DNA of 62,641 nucleotides, filler included, from Platydemus manokwari (taxonomy: Eukaryota), in the NCBI GenBank assembly GCA_037951405.1. It is 6 parts of 6 records of this genome, joined end to end, with 100 filler letters (N's around TTAATTAATTAA, not from the genome) between each part and the next. Parts side by side here need not be neighbours in the genome. Positions count along the whole stretch, not along the records: positions 9,089 to 21,085 come from JBBMOY010355558.1; positions 21,186 to 30,558 come from JBBMOY011258319.1; 4 more parts are not named here. The stretch is one strand, 5' to 3'. How positions within the stretch are numbered: position 1 is the first letter of the stretch; the number at the start of each line of letters is the position of its first letter. The translations under genes and the position numbers were made by a program. Positions 13,401-28,635 of this stretch are shown here, piece after piece. A model generated the notes under the pieces. It was given only the letters and a program-made list of their open reading frames with translations, was not told the DNA's origin and did not search any database.

Positions 13401-16400
13401 ATGATAAATAAATGAGAGGATCACTGATCTCCATATACACAAAACTGTGAAAACATGGTGAATTACCAAAGCAATACAACAAATTAGAATGAGAAGTTCT
13501 AAAATCAATTAAAATGAATAACGAAACTTAGGAAACGGTTAACTTATAAAGCCATTCATTTCATGAAACGATATTTGAAAAATATCACAAGAGGTAAAAA
13601 ACAAGAAGTATTGATATTTAAAAATAAAACAATAAATAAACAAAATATAAACAATATGATGATAAAATGTCGGTAAAAAGTATCAATTTTTAAAAAAGCT
13701 AAATAAACTGTTAAGTAATTATGTAGAGATTTTGATAATTTTTTAACAACCTTAAAGAAGTAATCTCAAATAGTAGACATCGTTCCAATTGAACTAGTGA
13801 ATATAAATTAAGCAAAATTCTAAGTTTCAGAGAATGCGGTTTAAATATTTTATAATATTTGTGGATAAAAAATTCAATCGAAGACAAATTCTGACACAGT
13901 TTCAAAACATTAAGATTAAATCTTACAAATTCGATAATTTATCATTCCCAAACGAGGTCATTGTATACTGATTTAAAGATCTAACCCATTCCACATAAGC
14001 GTACTTAAATCTCATTAAACCATTACAATGATTATTTATTAAATAATTTCATATAATTTTATAATTAAATAGATGTTATTCACAACGTAAAATATATTCA
14101 CTCGTGATCTATCAAAATCGGCATGATTAAATATCAATGACTCAATCTCACTTGATCAAAATACAAGATTCAAGTTCATTATAAACATTGGAAAATTTAT
14201 ACTGGATATATATAATTTATTTATATAATTATTTGTATAAAGAAATATGACTTAAAATAATAATAATTAAATTAATTAACTTCGTGAAAAATGCATTTAT
14301 CAAAGGAAGTGAGTTCAGTGTATAATTATCTGTCAGAAAACATTTGTACGTGAAATTATTTCTTTTGTTTTTTGTGTTTGATATATTTTAAATAATTATT
14401 TTAAACATTTTTGACTGACTTATTAAATATAATACGTTATTATAATTTATGTGGATCAAGAATTTCGATTTGTGAATGAAATTTTAAAGTCATTGGTTGC
14501 ACATCTTACCAGATCTTATTTATTAAAATTTCGGGTTAAATTCCATAGATTCTGACTCACCAATGAATTTTTTATTAAATGATTATTTCCAAGGCAACAC
14601 TTGATAATGACGAGTAACAAGAACTCCATGACAGATGTACAATAAGTTCTACAATTGTTACGTCTATAAATGAGATTAAATCTGAAATTTTAAAAAGTTT
14701 CAACTTAAAAACTATGGTTTGCAACTGAAGAATTACTGATGGAGTTACATTAATAACAAGGTATTCAGACTCTAATTACTTTCAAGGCTCGTAAATTTAT
14801 TAGAACAAGAATAATTTATCAATCTCTTCATATAAATTTTAGGCCATTTTTATATGATAATATATCCCACAGGTGATTTATCTTATGTTTTAACTTGTTA
14901 ATCCCAGATTTCAAATTGAATTGTATTTTTAAACTTTATCGAATGTATTTTAACAAAATAATTTTATAATCATTCGAAATATTAAATAATTATTTTAGTC
15001 TTTACTTTTTTCGTTAATAAATATATGAAATGTAAAATTATTCGATTTTTAATTCTAAACTTATAAAATAAAATTAAAAACAGCTGACAAATCTGATTAG
15101 CAGATAACAAAAATAATTTTTCTATTTAAATGAGATCAAAGTTTGCATTTGTGATATTATTATGTTTATATAATCATATTTGCACTATATTTGTGATTTC
15201 TTGGTTTATCTAATAAACAAATATCAACTGAAAATCATCTACAAGATTTTTCAATAACATTATATTATGCTTTTTCTCACACCATATTTCAGGTTGGTTA
15301 AACTCAGCTTATAAACAATATCATCGTCAACCAAAATTAATTGGCACTACTTAATAAATCAATAAATGACAAAATATATTTAATCAATAAAAAGGCACGA
15401 TTAGAGCAATAATCAAATTCAGAAAGTAATCTGAATTTAAAAATATCATTTCATATAACACCGAAATTGCAAAAAAGAAGCCTATTTTAATTAGTGATCT
15501 CAATTAAGGTCAAACCAAAAATATTGATTAATTTTTGCTATCTTCGCTAATCAACGGAACATTTATAAAATATATTTATAGAATATTTAATAAGATTGTA
15601 TAATAAATAATAATGTATTTGTTGCTAAATATTGACTGAGAAACTCAAGGAAATTAAATAAATGATATAATTTATGCTGTTCCTTTATAAATTATCGTAA
15701 TTTTTTTTTATTATTATTTGGAAGTTTTACTAGGACGATTAGTAATTTATTATTTTTGAAATATACTGGATATTTTTAAAATTTATCATGCGATGTCATA
15801 GCAACAGATTTTTATTTTTTTTTAAAAAAATTACAAAAAAATACCTGAAATTAAAAAATAAAATAATAATGTTAATAAAGTTAGAAAAAGATAATTTTCA
15901 TGAATAAATTATCAAAATCGGCAAATAATTCAAACCGGTTGACATTATGTATTTGCAGTTTTGATAATGCTATTTTAGTACATGAAAATTCTTCCAATAG
16001 AAAAGTCGCCTTTTCAGTAACAATATGAAAGTACAACCATCGAAATGTCAAAATGATGAAATAATGCAACGCAAAATATAGATAAGTCCAAAGTTAAATA
16101 TTAATAATACAAGTATTTTATAAACGTAACGGATAATCAGAATTCTAATTTGTACAAATATTTAGAAACCGATTTCAAGTGAAAAGAATTTTCAAAATCG
16201 ACTAAATCTCTAAAATGGCATTTGATTTGTGTAAGCTTTTGATAATTTTATATAAGATTGTTTAAACAAATAAATTATGAACAGATCTGCTTGCAAATAA
16301 ATTAGCATATTTAAATAAATATCAAATAACACTTATAATATATTTATAATAATATGATGATGATTTGATAATAATAATAATGATAATAATAATAAATTTA

Positions 16401-17572
16401 GGTTTAAAAGTCCTAAATATTATTATAAAATATATTTTCATTCAATCCATAATTATTTATAATTTATTACTATTATTATTAAAATTATAAATATTAATTA
16501 TTTTAGTTAAAACATGGATTTATTTTTCATTATTTTAATAATATTTATTAATATATAATAGTAATTTTATTAATGTTTATTTTATATTTACAATTGATTT
16601 TTTATATAACTATGTTTGCTGACAATATTATTAATAATTATCTTTAAAAAATTATTATAAAATATTAATTATAAATATAATTATAATTATTATTGGCAAC
16701 AATTAATTTAATTATTATAATAAACGATATTTTAAAATAAATATGATTTATTATTTATAGATATTTAGCATCATTATTATTATTTATAATAATAATAATT
16801 CTCATTAATGATAATAATAATAAATAATTACATGAATATAATCAAGATAATGAATTAATAATAAAAAATAAAGATGTTAAAATAAATGAATAATAAAATT
16901 TAATGCGTGATGATCTCATTTCAATGACAAATCATAGAAATGATGGCCTTTGTCTTGTGTCAAGTTTTGCTCATAAATATAAATAAATAATAAATGACAA
17001 ATCATCACAATGAGATTGACACATCAATATTGTAATAGCAATACGATCACTGAATGTGGCGACTCACTGGTTATCTCATTCAAGCCGGAATTTAAATGGC
17101 ATTGCAACATTCAATCACATCAACATCTATCAACACAAATCAATTCGATTTCATCACGAACTCGTGTGTTGGAAATTGTTTGAATTTGTGGACAAATCTT
17201 GAAATCATTCAACGGACATCGTTCAAATCGCACTTGAAATCATTGATAAAATATTTTTAAAAAAATATCAAATTCAATAAATTAAAACCAAAGCACCATA
17301 TAAAAATATCCATAGCAACCTTCTAGCCCTTATCAATAAGCCCCCATCCCGATAACTCATCATCTAATAGAAAAATGCAAATTGTGAATTTACTTACAAA
17401 TTATAAGCGACAACAATTGTGAAATATTTAATAGATATTTTTATATCAATATTTGTAAATGTGTTTCGCTTTTCTGTGTCTTACCGGTGGACTGCTGAAA
17501 TGGAAATCGTGCTAATAATCAAGATTTATTCGTAAAAAATATGGATAAAATGAGTTCTTGAGAAGATTTCTC

Positions 17573-18970
<1,398 letters not shown>

Positions 18971-19839
18971 TTATTTAACCTTCAAGAGTTAATTATTATA
19001 TAACGAATTTAAATGATTACCACACAAAAGTATCAATATTTAAACACTTCGAATTTTATTAAAATATTATTTAAATTAACATCGAACTACAAAATGCAAA
19101 GTTATAAGATTATAATTTTTAGCTAAATTAATATTTAATGAATATTCTTTTTAAAAAAATTAAATATTAATAAGTTGAAGTAAACTAACTTAATAAATTA
19201 ACTTAAGTAAATTAACTTAATAATCATGTGAATTTAAATATATTTAAAACATTTTCTCTATTCACAAATATAATCACAGGCTTGTATTTTAAAACCAAAC
19301 AAAATAATATAGTTAAAATCAAATTGGAAATTATGTTCTGATAAAATTATATCTTATATACATTACAGTCTTAATAATTATATCATTTATAAAGTATTGT
19401 GATTTTGATTTACAATTTGATTAGATAATATTTATATTTATTGATAAAAACTATTTAGCTAATTTAGAATTGTTACAACGTTGTAGCCATATAAAAAAAT
19501 ATGAAGAGTAAAATACGAAATGAGTTTTTCATTTTTATGTTTAATTCTCTTAATTGAAATTATTTGCCTTTGCAGTCCGTTTTAATAAACATTTCAATCT
19601 GAAATGAATTGAATATCAGTAATTTGACGTAAAATAAAATTGTCTATATTTGAAATTTGCATTTATTCCAATTTTGATTTAAATAGCAGCAAATTTTATT
19701 TAATCGTCTCTTTACATTTCATATTGCCTTGGTGGTTTTATTATCATCCATCATATGAGAAACATGTTTATATGATCTCAAATGCAATGATCAAAACTGA
19801 TGGGGCTAATATTTGGTTTGCATTTTTGAACTAGATGCA

Positions 19840-20400
19840 GAACGGTAAAAAATAATTGCTGATGTTGCTGTGTGAATATAGATTGAGAGGCTTACAACGG
19901 TAAATGTTCAGCTGAAAAAGCCAACCAAATATCTAACTCATAATAGAAAATAAAAATACTTCTAATTTGTAAATATAATTATAATAAACAAAAATATAAA
20001 GAAATCTTTGTATTAAAAATCAAAGATTACAACAGTGATAAATTACAGATGTGTAATAAATTAGTTCAAAAGATAAGATTGTCATCAACTGCTACTATCG
20101 GAAACTAATGTCACCAGTCCATTGTCTACGAGGTCTGTATAGAAGATTGAGTTTAGAAAGAAGGTAAATGCTCAAGCAACTTTGAATCTTGTCTTATAAT
20201 TTATGAATTGAAGAAGTCCTCACAGGTATTTGGATTTTAATAGCTTCTCATAAATGTACAATAATAGGTTATTTTCTTAAATTCCTGACATTTCCAAGTA
20301 TTGCATTTCAAAAAATCTTTATACGGCTTTCATAATCACAAGTTTTCGATCTATTACTCTAAAAAGAATATTTCATAGTATCAAATCAACTTCTCGGCAC
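19840..20400 (-). mobile_element. Possible decayed Harbinger/ISL2EU-type (DDE_Tnp_4) transposase relic
   Basis: Minus-strand fragments IKIQIP, NYKTRFKV and WTGDIS/VSDS resemble I.IQ.P / NYK / G..SD. Heavily broken. Confidence 0.3.
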
Positions 20401-21085
20401 CTCATATTAGATAACATAATATTACTAATTCATATAAAATAATTGCAAAAAATTATACGATCTCTTCATTTTTTCTTTTATCTAATGAAGAAGCAATAAT
20501 TACATTTAGATTATTCGCAAATTGAATAATTTTTTTTAAATAGCCATTTAATGCGAAATTTAAAAGTTCTGCTTGATTTAAAATTTGATTTCAACCAACT
20601 TAAATTATTCCTAGATGTTTAATATAAAAAATTGTTAAAAAATCACAAATAATATATTAATAGTCAGCCATAACGGCACCTCATAATAAAGAACTTTGAT
20701 TTTAGTTCAGAACACAATTGTTGTAAGTGACAAAGTCTAAATTACATTCGAACAATTGTATCTTGATTGAATACTACAAATGAATGTTAATTCGGCGCTT
20801 ATAGCTTTCAATTAGAATGAAGATAAGACACGGTGACGGTGAACCGGAGATAGAAATAGGTTTGAGAACAATTCGCATCCGATAAACCCATATTGTAATT
20901 GAAATTCAATCTCGAATATTTATTTATTTTATAAATAATTGATTTGAACCAATAGAATATTTGATAAATCTAAAAAATTATTAATAATATATATATTTAA
21001 AAATATACTTTAAAAAACAAATAAAATAAATTCAAAACAAAATGAGCATTTATGAAAGTATTTTCAATAACACCAAAGAAAAGTC

Positions 21086-21185
21086 NNNNNNNNNNNNNNN
21101 NNNNNNNNNNNNNNNNNNNNNNNNNNNNNTTAATTAATTAANNNNNNNNNNNNNNNNNNNNNNNNNNNNNNNNNNNNNNNNNNNN
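21086..21185. other. Artificial contig spacer
   Basis: N44-TTAATTAATTAA-N44. Confidence 0.98.
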
Positions 21186-22294
21186 AAATAACTCTAAAAC
21201 TACGTGATAGTGTAGTTATGTTGTCATGTATTTTAATAAATTGAAATCTTTGCTGTTTTTTGAGTCCGATTTGTCAGACGTCCTGCTTACATGATTTTGT
21301 AGCTATGCATGTAAATAAATTAAGAACACTAAAGTTTCTCAGTTTCAGAGGTTGTTATTTCCATGACAAATAGCCATACTGGTCAGATGCTACATTAATT
21401 GTAGTTTCGCTGATATTTTACAAATTCACGTCTAATTATGTGAAGATTTATTTCTCCGTTTTATCATATTAAGTGAGTATAAATGACAAACTTTATTACC
21501 GGATAAATTGTTAAATAATTCAAAATCATTCTCCTAAAACCCGGACATATACTGAATTATTTTGTATTTACTGACATTCGAAGTTAAAATAACCTCATAT
21601 TCAGGTCTTTAAAAAATGGGTCACTGTAAGATTACATTTATGGGTAATTTCGGTTGATATTAACTGATTTTTATATTTAATTGAGACATTTATTGAGTAA
21701 AATTTGGTTGACCAACATATATTAATTATCATTTTATATTTCATTTTTCTGAATTAAGATCTTAAAATGAAGTTCGTTGATTCCGTAATAGCACATAGTA
21801 AAATGTGCATAGTTTTTGTTCAATGTATTTCATTGATTTTTTATAAAATATTAAAATAGTGGCATCAAATCGACACTATTCCGTTTATGTTTTATGTCTT
21901 ATAAAAATGATTGATGTAAACTTTGTTTGAAAGCATGTGAATAAAAAATTGTGGCCAACCTGTAAAATTATTTAAATAAAATAGGAAGATATTATTGTCC
22001 GTATTATTAAAGTGTTTAAAATCGATATTCAATTAAAGTTACAATAAGATTTACTTCAAGTCGGAAACAATTTGTCGCAATGAAAATTATCTTGAGCATC
22101 ACCGATGTCGTTTATAAAATTATTACTTAAATTATTATTTAATTAAATTATTCAGAAATATTTATAATTTGAATTTTGGATTTCACTCAATATTCTGATA
22201 ATCGTTATTTTACTTTTTATAAGATTGATTAAGTTAGGGTTCAATAGAATCGAAGGTTGCAATCTATATTTCATTAAAATGTATTAATTAGTAC

Positions 22295-23136
22295 ATACCC
22301 AAAATGACTCTAAAACTCAACAGAAACCTCTTAAAACGACAATAAACAGCAACATTAAGCTTGACTTCCAACTGGTAGTTGGATATCTTTACATCAGCAT
22401 TTATATTTGAGATTTGTATGAAACTTTTGCATCAGTTTCGTTTTATGTTTTACTTTTCAAGTTGGAATTTTATTTATTGGTTTAGTGTATTCCTGATTCG
22501 TCAGTCAATATGTGTTTTTTACTTTGTGTCCATTTTACGAATAAGAATTTTTCATTAAAGTGAGATGTGATTGGTTGGTTGCTTTACCTGTGTGGTTGTG
22601 TAACATACAAATACTTGAAGTACTAAAAAAAGGTTCAACGACGCAAAATTGTTTTTCTTTTGTCAGATTTCATTATTTCATTTCAACAATAACCATTTGT
22701 TGTGTTGAGTGAGATGAAATTCTGCAAAAAGAAAAACGAAATTACACCTTGGAACCCTTGTTTTGGCACTTTTAGCATTTGCATGCCTGCACGACCATAC
22801 ATGCATGCCAATCGGCCAATTACAGTGAAGATAGCTAGCAAAGTATACAGAACACACATCTAGGGATTGACCAATCCCATTCATGTAAAAATCTAAATAC
22901 CCAATAAGAGCACAGAAAGGCAAACACCAAATCAAATTGTAGTACATCATGACACAGAGAGATGCACACAGATCGCAAGTATAAAAGTAATGTAAAGATA
23001 GACAACTGCCAGTTGGAAGCCAGACTTGGTGAAGTTATTAAGCTCATATTAATTGCCGAGATTTTATCAGTGTGTTTTCGCATATTGATTAATATACCTT
23101 CGAGGAGTCAGTTTAATATTCGTTAATACCCCAACA
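22295..23136. repeat. ~840-bp imperfect palindrome, probably two related LTRs head-to-head (right arm 22698-23136 TGTTG...CCCCAACA; left arm ends CAACA at 22688)
   Basis: AAGCTTGACTTCCAACTGGTAGTTGGATATCTTTACAT (~22357) is the near reverse complement of ATGTAAAGATAGACAACTGCCAGTTGGAAGCCAGACTT (~22990). Similarity continues to a ~9-bp central spacer. Confidence 0.8.
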
Positions 23137-24609
23137 GTTGATTAAACCAACTACAATTTTAATATGGATGTATAACTAGTGGATTAAATTAATAAATAAT
23201 TATTTGTTGACTTATATTGATTATTTATTATATATCTATTTATTTATTTTATTAATACATTGGCATTTTACAATAATATTCATACACTAATATTCATTTC
23301 TAGACGAAAATATTGATTTACGTGATCAATGGATAAATAGAATTTATTGATATAAACTTGGGAAATCTCAACTTTTAAAACTGTAGCTTTCGTCGATTAA
23401 ATATGTCAGTACTTTTTATAATTATATTTCCCTCTGTAATTTTATTTATGTTGGAAATTATATTCTGATATGATAACTCACAAATTAGAATGATTATCAA
23501 TAATAGATTACCGATAATATCTTGATGAATCTTGTTGCGGATTGTCTAAATTCGCAAGCAAAAAATCTAACTCCTACCATGAATGATGTTGAGCATGAAT
23601 ATAAAATATATAAATAAAAGCGAGGCAATTCAATTTAACAATTATTTACGATAAATAACAACACAGACTAAGCAAATTAATAAGCGATCAAATCGACATT
23701 CTAATCAATACTGATAAACCCCAATGACTATAAAATCGACTCTTTGTGATAAACCATTACAATTGTAGATTGACGATTTGTTATCTTTAAGTTATTTTTT
23801 CGAAATGATTTATTTGTATGTCTATAACAATAATTAATTTTGAGAAAAAAATATTTAACGATTTAGATAAATATTGATAAAAAATTTAATGATAATGTAA
23901 TTATTATTAATACCAATATAAATTATTATTTAGTTAAAAATTCGGATAATGATTGAAACACAAAATGCTGCAGCTATCCAAATTAATTTTCAAATACCAG
24001 TTATTAGATTATTATCTGATAAATATTATGACCACACTGATGAACGCCAATAAGAAAATAAAGCAAAACTATTAATCTTACAGAGAAATATATTTCCCCA
24101 CTAGTTTACACATATCTGTGTTAAGTCAAAACTCTACAACTTAATATCGATAACAAATGTCATTGCAAATGGAGAATAATTAATGGTAAGTTAGATTATA
24201 TTTACGAATATAATTGAATGAATCAGAATTATAAATTTATAAATTAAATTGTTAATAAAATAATTTTGATTATGACCGATTTCTACTCACCATATTAACA
24301 AGGGATAAATGTACCGCTTCTAATTTAATCAAGTCGAGCATTAGATAGTATCAGTTCAATTATATTCAGTCTATCGTTAATACTTTAGTTGAAAAATTAA
24401 CCTTGTGCGTGCGGTCTGAGAATTATCAAAAAATCACAGTTTCGTAGCCATGGTTTACCGCGCATTCGAAACAAGCTGGCTCTTTTGGATCAACATTAAA
24501 CTGTGAAGATTATAAAATTTCTCTTTAACTCCGAAGCCAAATCATCAATTAATGAATAAATACTTGAAAAATTAGAGATTGCTATTAATAAAAATTGGTA
24601 TAACATCGT

Positions 24610-25079
24610 GGTAAGTCATCTCTTTTATATAAAACACGTTTAAGAAAATTATCGAAAATTCACGACATCAAATTGTATTTTAATGACAGTTATTAAAAAA
24701 ATAAATATTTTATAAAAATCAAAATATAAAAATTTTCAAATTTTAATTCATTATAAATCTCCACACCCCACTTTCGTTAAAATCTTTGATTTTCTCTAAA
24801 TTTGTAATTATCTTTGTATCAAATTCTCTGGATATTTATCTATATAAAAATTTATGTTTCTCCTCTACTTTATATAAACTCTGTAAGTCGCTACTATTTT
24901 ATAAAAAAACGCATCGAAAACGAAATGAAAAGACTCGACATTCAATTCTATTCAATGACAATTATTTAAAAAATAATAATATTTAATATCAAATTAAATT
25001 TAATATCAACTAAATTTAATATCAAACTAAATTCAATATAAATTTAAATTCAATATAAATTCAATTTGATATCCTCACA
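24610..25079 (-). mobile_element. TRIM-like mini LTR element, copy 1 (LTRs 24610-24765 and 24882-25079; PPT ~24766-24790; PBS absent)
   Basis: Two related short repeats begin (T)GTAAGTC and end CCACA/CTCACA. The PPT-flanking motif AAATCTTTGATTTT is shared with the other copies. Confidence 0.7.
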
Positions 25080-25329
25080 CACTTGACAAGTAGATTACTG
25101 CAAAATATCCCCATGAGGATATCAAAAACCACATGAAAGAGACTGCAAATTGATTAAATTAATTAATGGCTAAATAATAATTACGATAACGATATTGCTG
25201 TGATAAGAACATGTAAAATTTACTCACTCTCAAAAACCTTTTTTCGACAAAAATTGTTTTGGTAATAATTTTTGTTCCGAAATCAAGATTTTTTTAGTAG
25301 ATGAATGTCATGAAATAATCTGCAAGAAT

Positions 25330-25570
25330 ATTTAAATGTAAGAATATTGATTTTGCTTTGAGTTGGTCGAACTTGGAATTGGATTTCGAATTGTGTTGAT
25401 TATTTTTTGATTAAGTTTGGTGATGTTGGAATTGGATTTGGGTTTGTATTGTGGAAATGGGATTGTATTTTATGATTTTGAAGAGATGTAGATGTTTGAA
25501 TTTGCATTTTATGTTTCGGGTTTTATTTGGGTGTTCATTTGATAAGTTTGGTTGGGTGTTACCCCCAACA
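25330..25570 (+). repeat. 3' part of an LTR-like dispersed repeat ending TTGGGTGTTACCCCCAACA; related inverted fragment at ~3490-3580
   Basis: The terminus resembles those at 23136, 34490 and ~47912. The reverse complement AAAACCCGAAACATAAAATGCAAATTCAAACATCTACATCTC resembles 3505-3555. Confidence 0.45.
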
Positions 25571-26029
25571 ATTTCTTAAAATACAGAAAGCCATCTAAGA
25601 TCAAACTCTTGTCAAATAATGCAAATCTAAGAACACAATAAACGAGATATTAGCTGAACCACCAATTCAAGTAATGGAAATCGAAATAATATTACTAAAT
25701 TCATGCAACTAAATGGAAAATTCAAATAAAGCAAATTATGTTCTTAAAAAGCGAAAAGTATTTCATGTTTTATCTGTTTTGTTTGTTTCTTCTTTTTAGA
25801 AGTTCATTATTTTCTTTTCTCTCTTCATAATTTATTGATTATTGATTGTTTTATAAAATAGAAATGATACCAATGAAGTTCTTTCAAAATAATTGGCGAT
25901 AATGTTTTGTTTTCAATGAAATTTTTTTCAATCAGGAAATGATTACTAAATAATCCAAATGGTAACATGATAGTTGAAACTACTAATCGTTTTAAATTCT
26001 TCACAGGTTGATAGTTAATTGTGGAAGAA

Positions 26030-26580
26030 CAAATATAACCATGTCCAGAAATTCAAGCATATATCCTAAGTTCTAGAATTTGTCATGTTATCATGGATAG
26101 ATTATCCTATTAATAGATCAGTTGTTCGGATATCGTATTGATAATATTCAATAAATATTGTGATGGAAATGAATAAGTTAGGTGCTTTCTATATGGATAT
26201 CAAACCAGAAAATTTAATGATCAATATCAAAACTTTTGATGTGAAATTTATTGCTTTTGAAAATGGAATTTAGCAGCCGAATATTAGAAATCCATCTCAT
26301 TCGATAGTGATAGATACAATTGGATTCTCTTCTCCAGATATATATACACATCAATCATATGATGTGAGAAAGTTTCAAGTATTCAATATCGGATGTTTGA
26401 TATATTATTGTTTGGAGAAGAAATTTGCTTTCGGTATTAAAAAGCAAATTATCGATTTAAAACTCAATTTTGGTAGGACTCTATTGAAGATGATTTCATT
26501 CTGATTGAATAATGTTTTCAACGGAATTCCTTAATCGACCACCAATAGAGGAAATTTACGTGAGTTGTATGTTCAATGAA
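26030..26580 (+). pseudogene. Intronless Ser/Thr kinase (Pim-like) pseudogene
   Basis: LGAFYMDIKPENLMINIKTFDVKFIAFENG* (degraded HRDIKPEN and DFG), then DTIGFSSPDIY..YDVRKFQVFNIGCLIY. Contains stops and frameshifts. Confidence 0.8.
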
Positions 26581-28635
26581 GTTAAAGAAAAATGGTATGA
26601 CAATTTGTGTTTCTAAAATTTGAATAAAAATAAAAAAATTTAATTCAATCAATTTGGCTTCTTTTCAAAATTATATTAAATAATAATTATTATTATTTTA
26701 TTTTTTGTGTTGAAAATTAAATATTTGGTTTTAAATTACTCTATCTTTATAAAGACTAACTTATGATTTGACGTATTAAATTAATTATTATCAGTTTTTG
26801 TTTCATTTCAAACATTTTGAAGTATATTCTCAACTTAATTATAATTTAATAGTGCAAATTTAAGTACATCAAATTATGTGAAATAATTATATTATATCAG
26901 GAGATGATGGTTTTTGTATACTTTTTAATGTCGTTTTAGTATTTCAAATATTGATGTATTTATAAACATAATAATAACTAAATTTATTAATATATAAAAA
27001 GATTAACAAAAATTTTCTTCTCACATAAGAAATTGAACTTTTAGATTCCAAAAAATTAAAAATTTCCAACGGGTTTCCATTGCTATATTATGTTTTATTC
27101 GTTATGTTGTATTAAATAGTTTATATTTAAATAAATCACTAGATTTGATGTTTTATAAAATTACTAATCACAATTTAACATCTAATACTTGGTTTGTCAA
27201 GCAATTATCGTTTTATATTCAGTATAATTGGAATGATTTAACAAAATCATTTGGAAATACCAATCAATACTGTGACCATCAAGAACAAAATATCATGAAT
27301 ACAAATGGAATCATTGTACTTAAATCATTGTACCAATAAGACATCCATTAATTGATAAGGGCGAAATATTTCCACAGATATCTTTTGATATCTATTGATG
27401 CAGGCTACAGGAAACAATTTGAAATCCCATCTGTTTTACGTGGGGTCTGTTCGTGGTGCGAATAATTTGCTTCAAATATTGGATGGAAAACGATTAGGGT
27501 GATACAATTTAATTGACTTTTTAAAGTTCTAATGGTTATGATTTAAAAAGTTTATATTAAATTATGTTAATAAGAATTAAATAGGTGGATTAAACAAATG
27601 GATTAAACATTATAATTTCATTTGTTGTCAATTCTTAGGATTTAAAGTTTATTTTACATAACTAATCGTAAATAGACTGGAAATTTAAGTATTAGAAACC
27701 AACAAACGTTTCTGTTATGTATTGCGGTTTACAGAAAATCATCCTTTGAAATAAGTTAGATTATCTTAACTTTTTGTATATAAAAAAATATCAATTATCA
27801 ACTTTTGCTTTGCAACCTTCAGCCATAGTGGATTTAAAATGGAATTACTTTATTTATTTAGAAGGTTTATTTTTTGAATATGTTAAACTATTAACTGACA
27901 TTGAATGCTGAAAACTATAATTGCTGAATGATGAGGAATTACAAATTCAACCAGACTAGTTGAGAGAAAAAAAGGTAAAAGTCACAGAGTCTGTGTGCAT
28001 TGACTATTTGAGAATTATTTCCATGATTTCCATGATTATTTTGATTGTTTTTCTGAACTACCAAACAAATAGTTTTTCAAATTACATTGTGTATAGTCTC
28101 TCAAATTTCAACTTCCAATTCCACTAGTAATGCACACTATTAAAATATTTGAAAATTTCTTTTAAATTCATTTTTAAAGACATTTGTATTTTTAATAATT
28201 CTTAAAACAACATTAATGATAATAACATCAAAAGTGATTAATTGGAAAATGTATAATTTTCCAGCGAAGATTATTATGAAAATAATTGTGAATTTCTGAA
28301 ATTTTTTTCCATTGCTATTTTTATATCAAAAACTGTTAGAAACACTAAAAATAATCGTGGATAAAGAATGGAATTTTCAAATTTTCTTTAATCGAAATTT
28401 TATATTCAGATTTCTTAAAAAATTTTAGAATAAGAAAAATCAGAAAACATTTTTAGTGATAAAATTTTCAAATAAATTCTAAGAAAAATTAATACTTTTT
28501 TAACTTAATCAAATTATTTATTTAGACCTTTTATAAAAAATTTCATCAATTTTATCACCAATTTATGAAAACAAAATCTTATTTCATTATTTAATATATT
28601 ATTCTGACATGCAAAATAGACTAATAAATAGAATT

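Noticed and set aside
24037-24070. CTGATGA hammerhead-like core (also 43494, and CTGAAGA at 46204)
   Set aside because: No convincing stem II closed by GAAA and no stems I/III.
27200-27500. Possible PIF1/Helitron helicase motif (NDLTKSFG..CDHQ)
   Set aside because: A single weak motif with no flanking helicase motifs.
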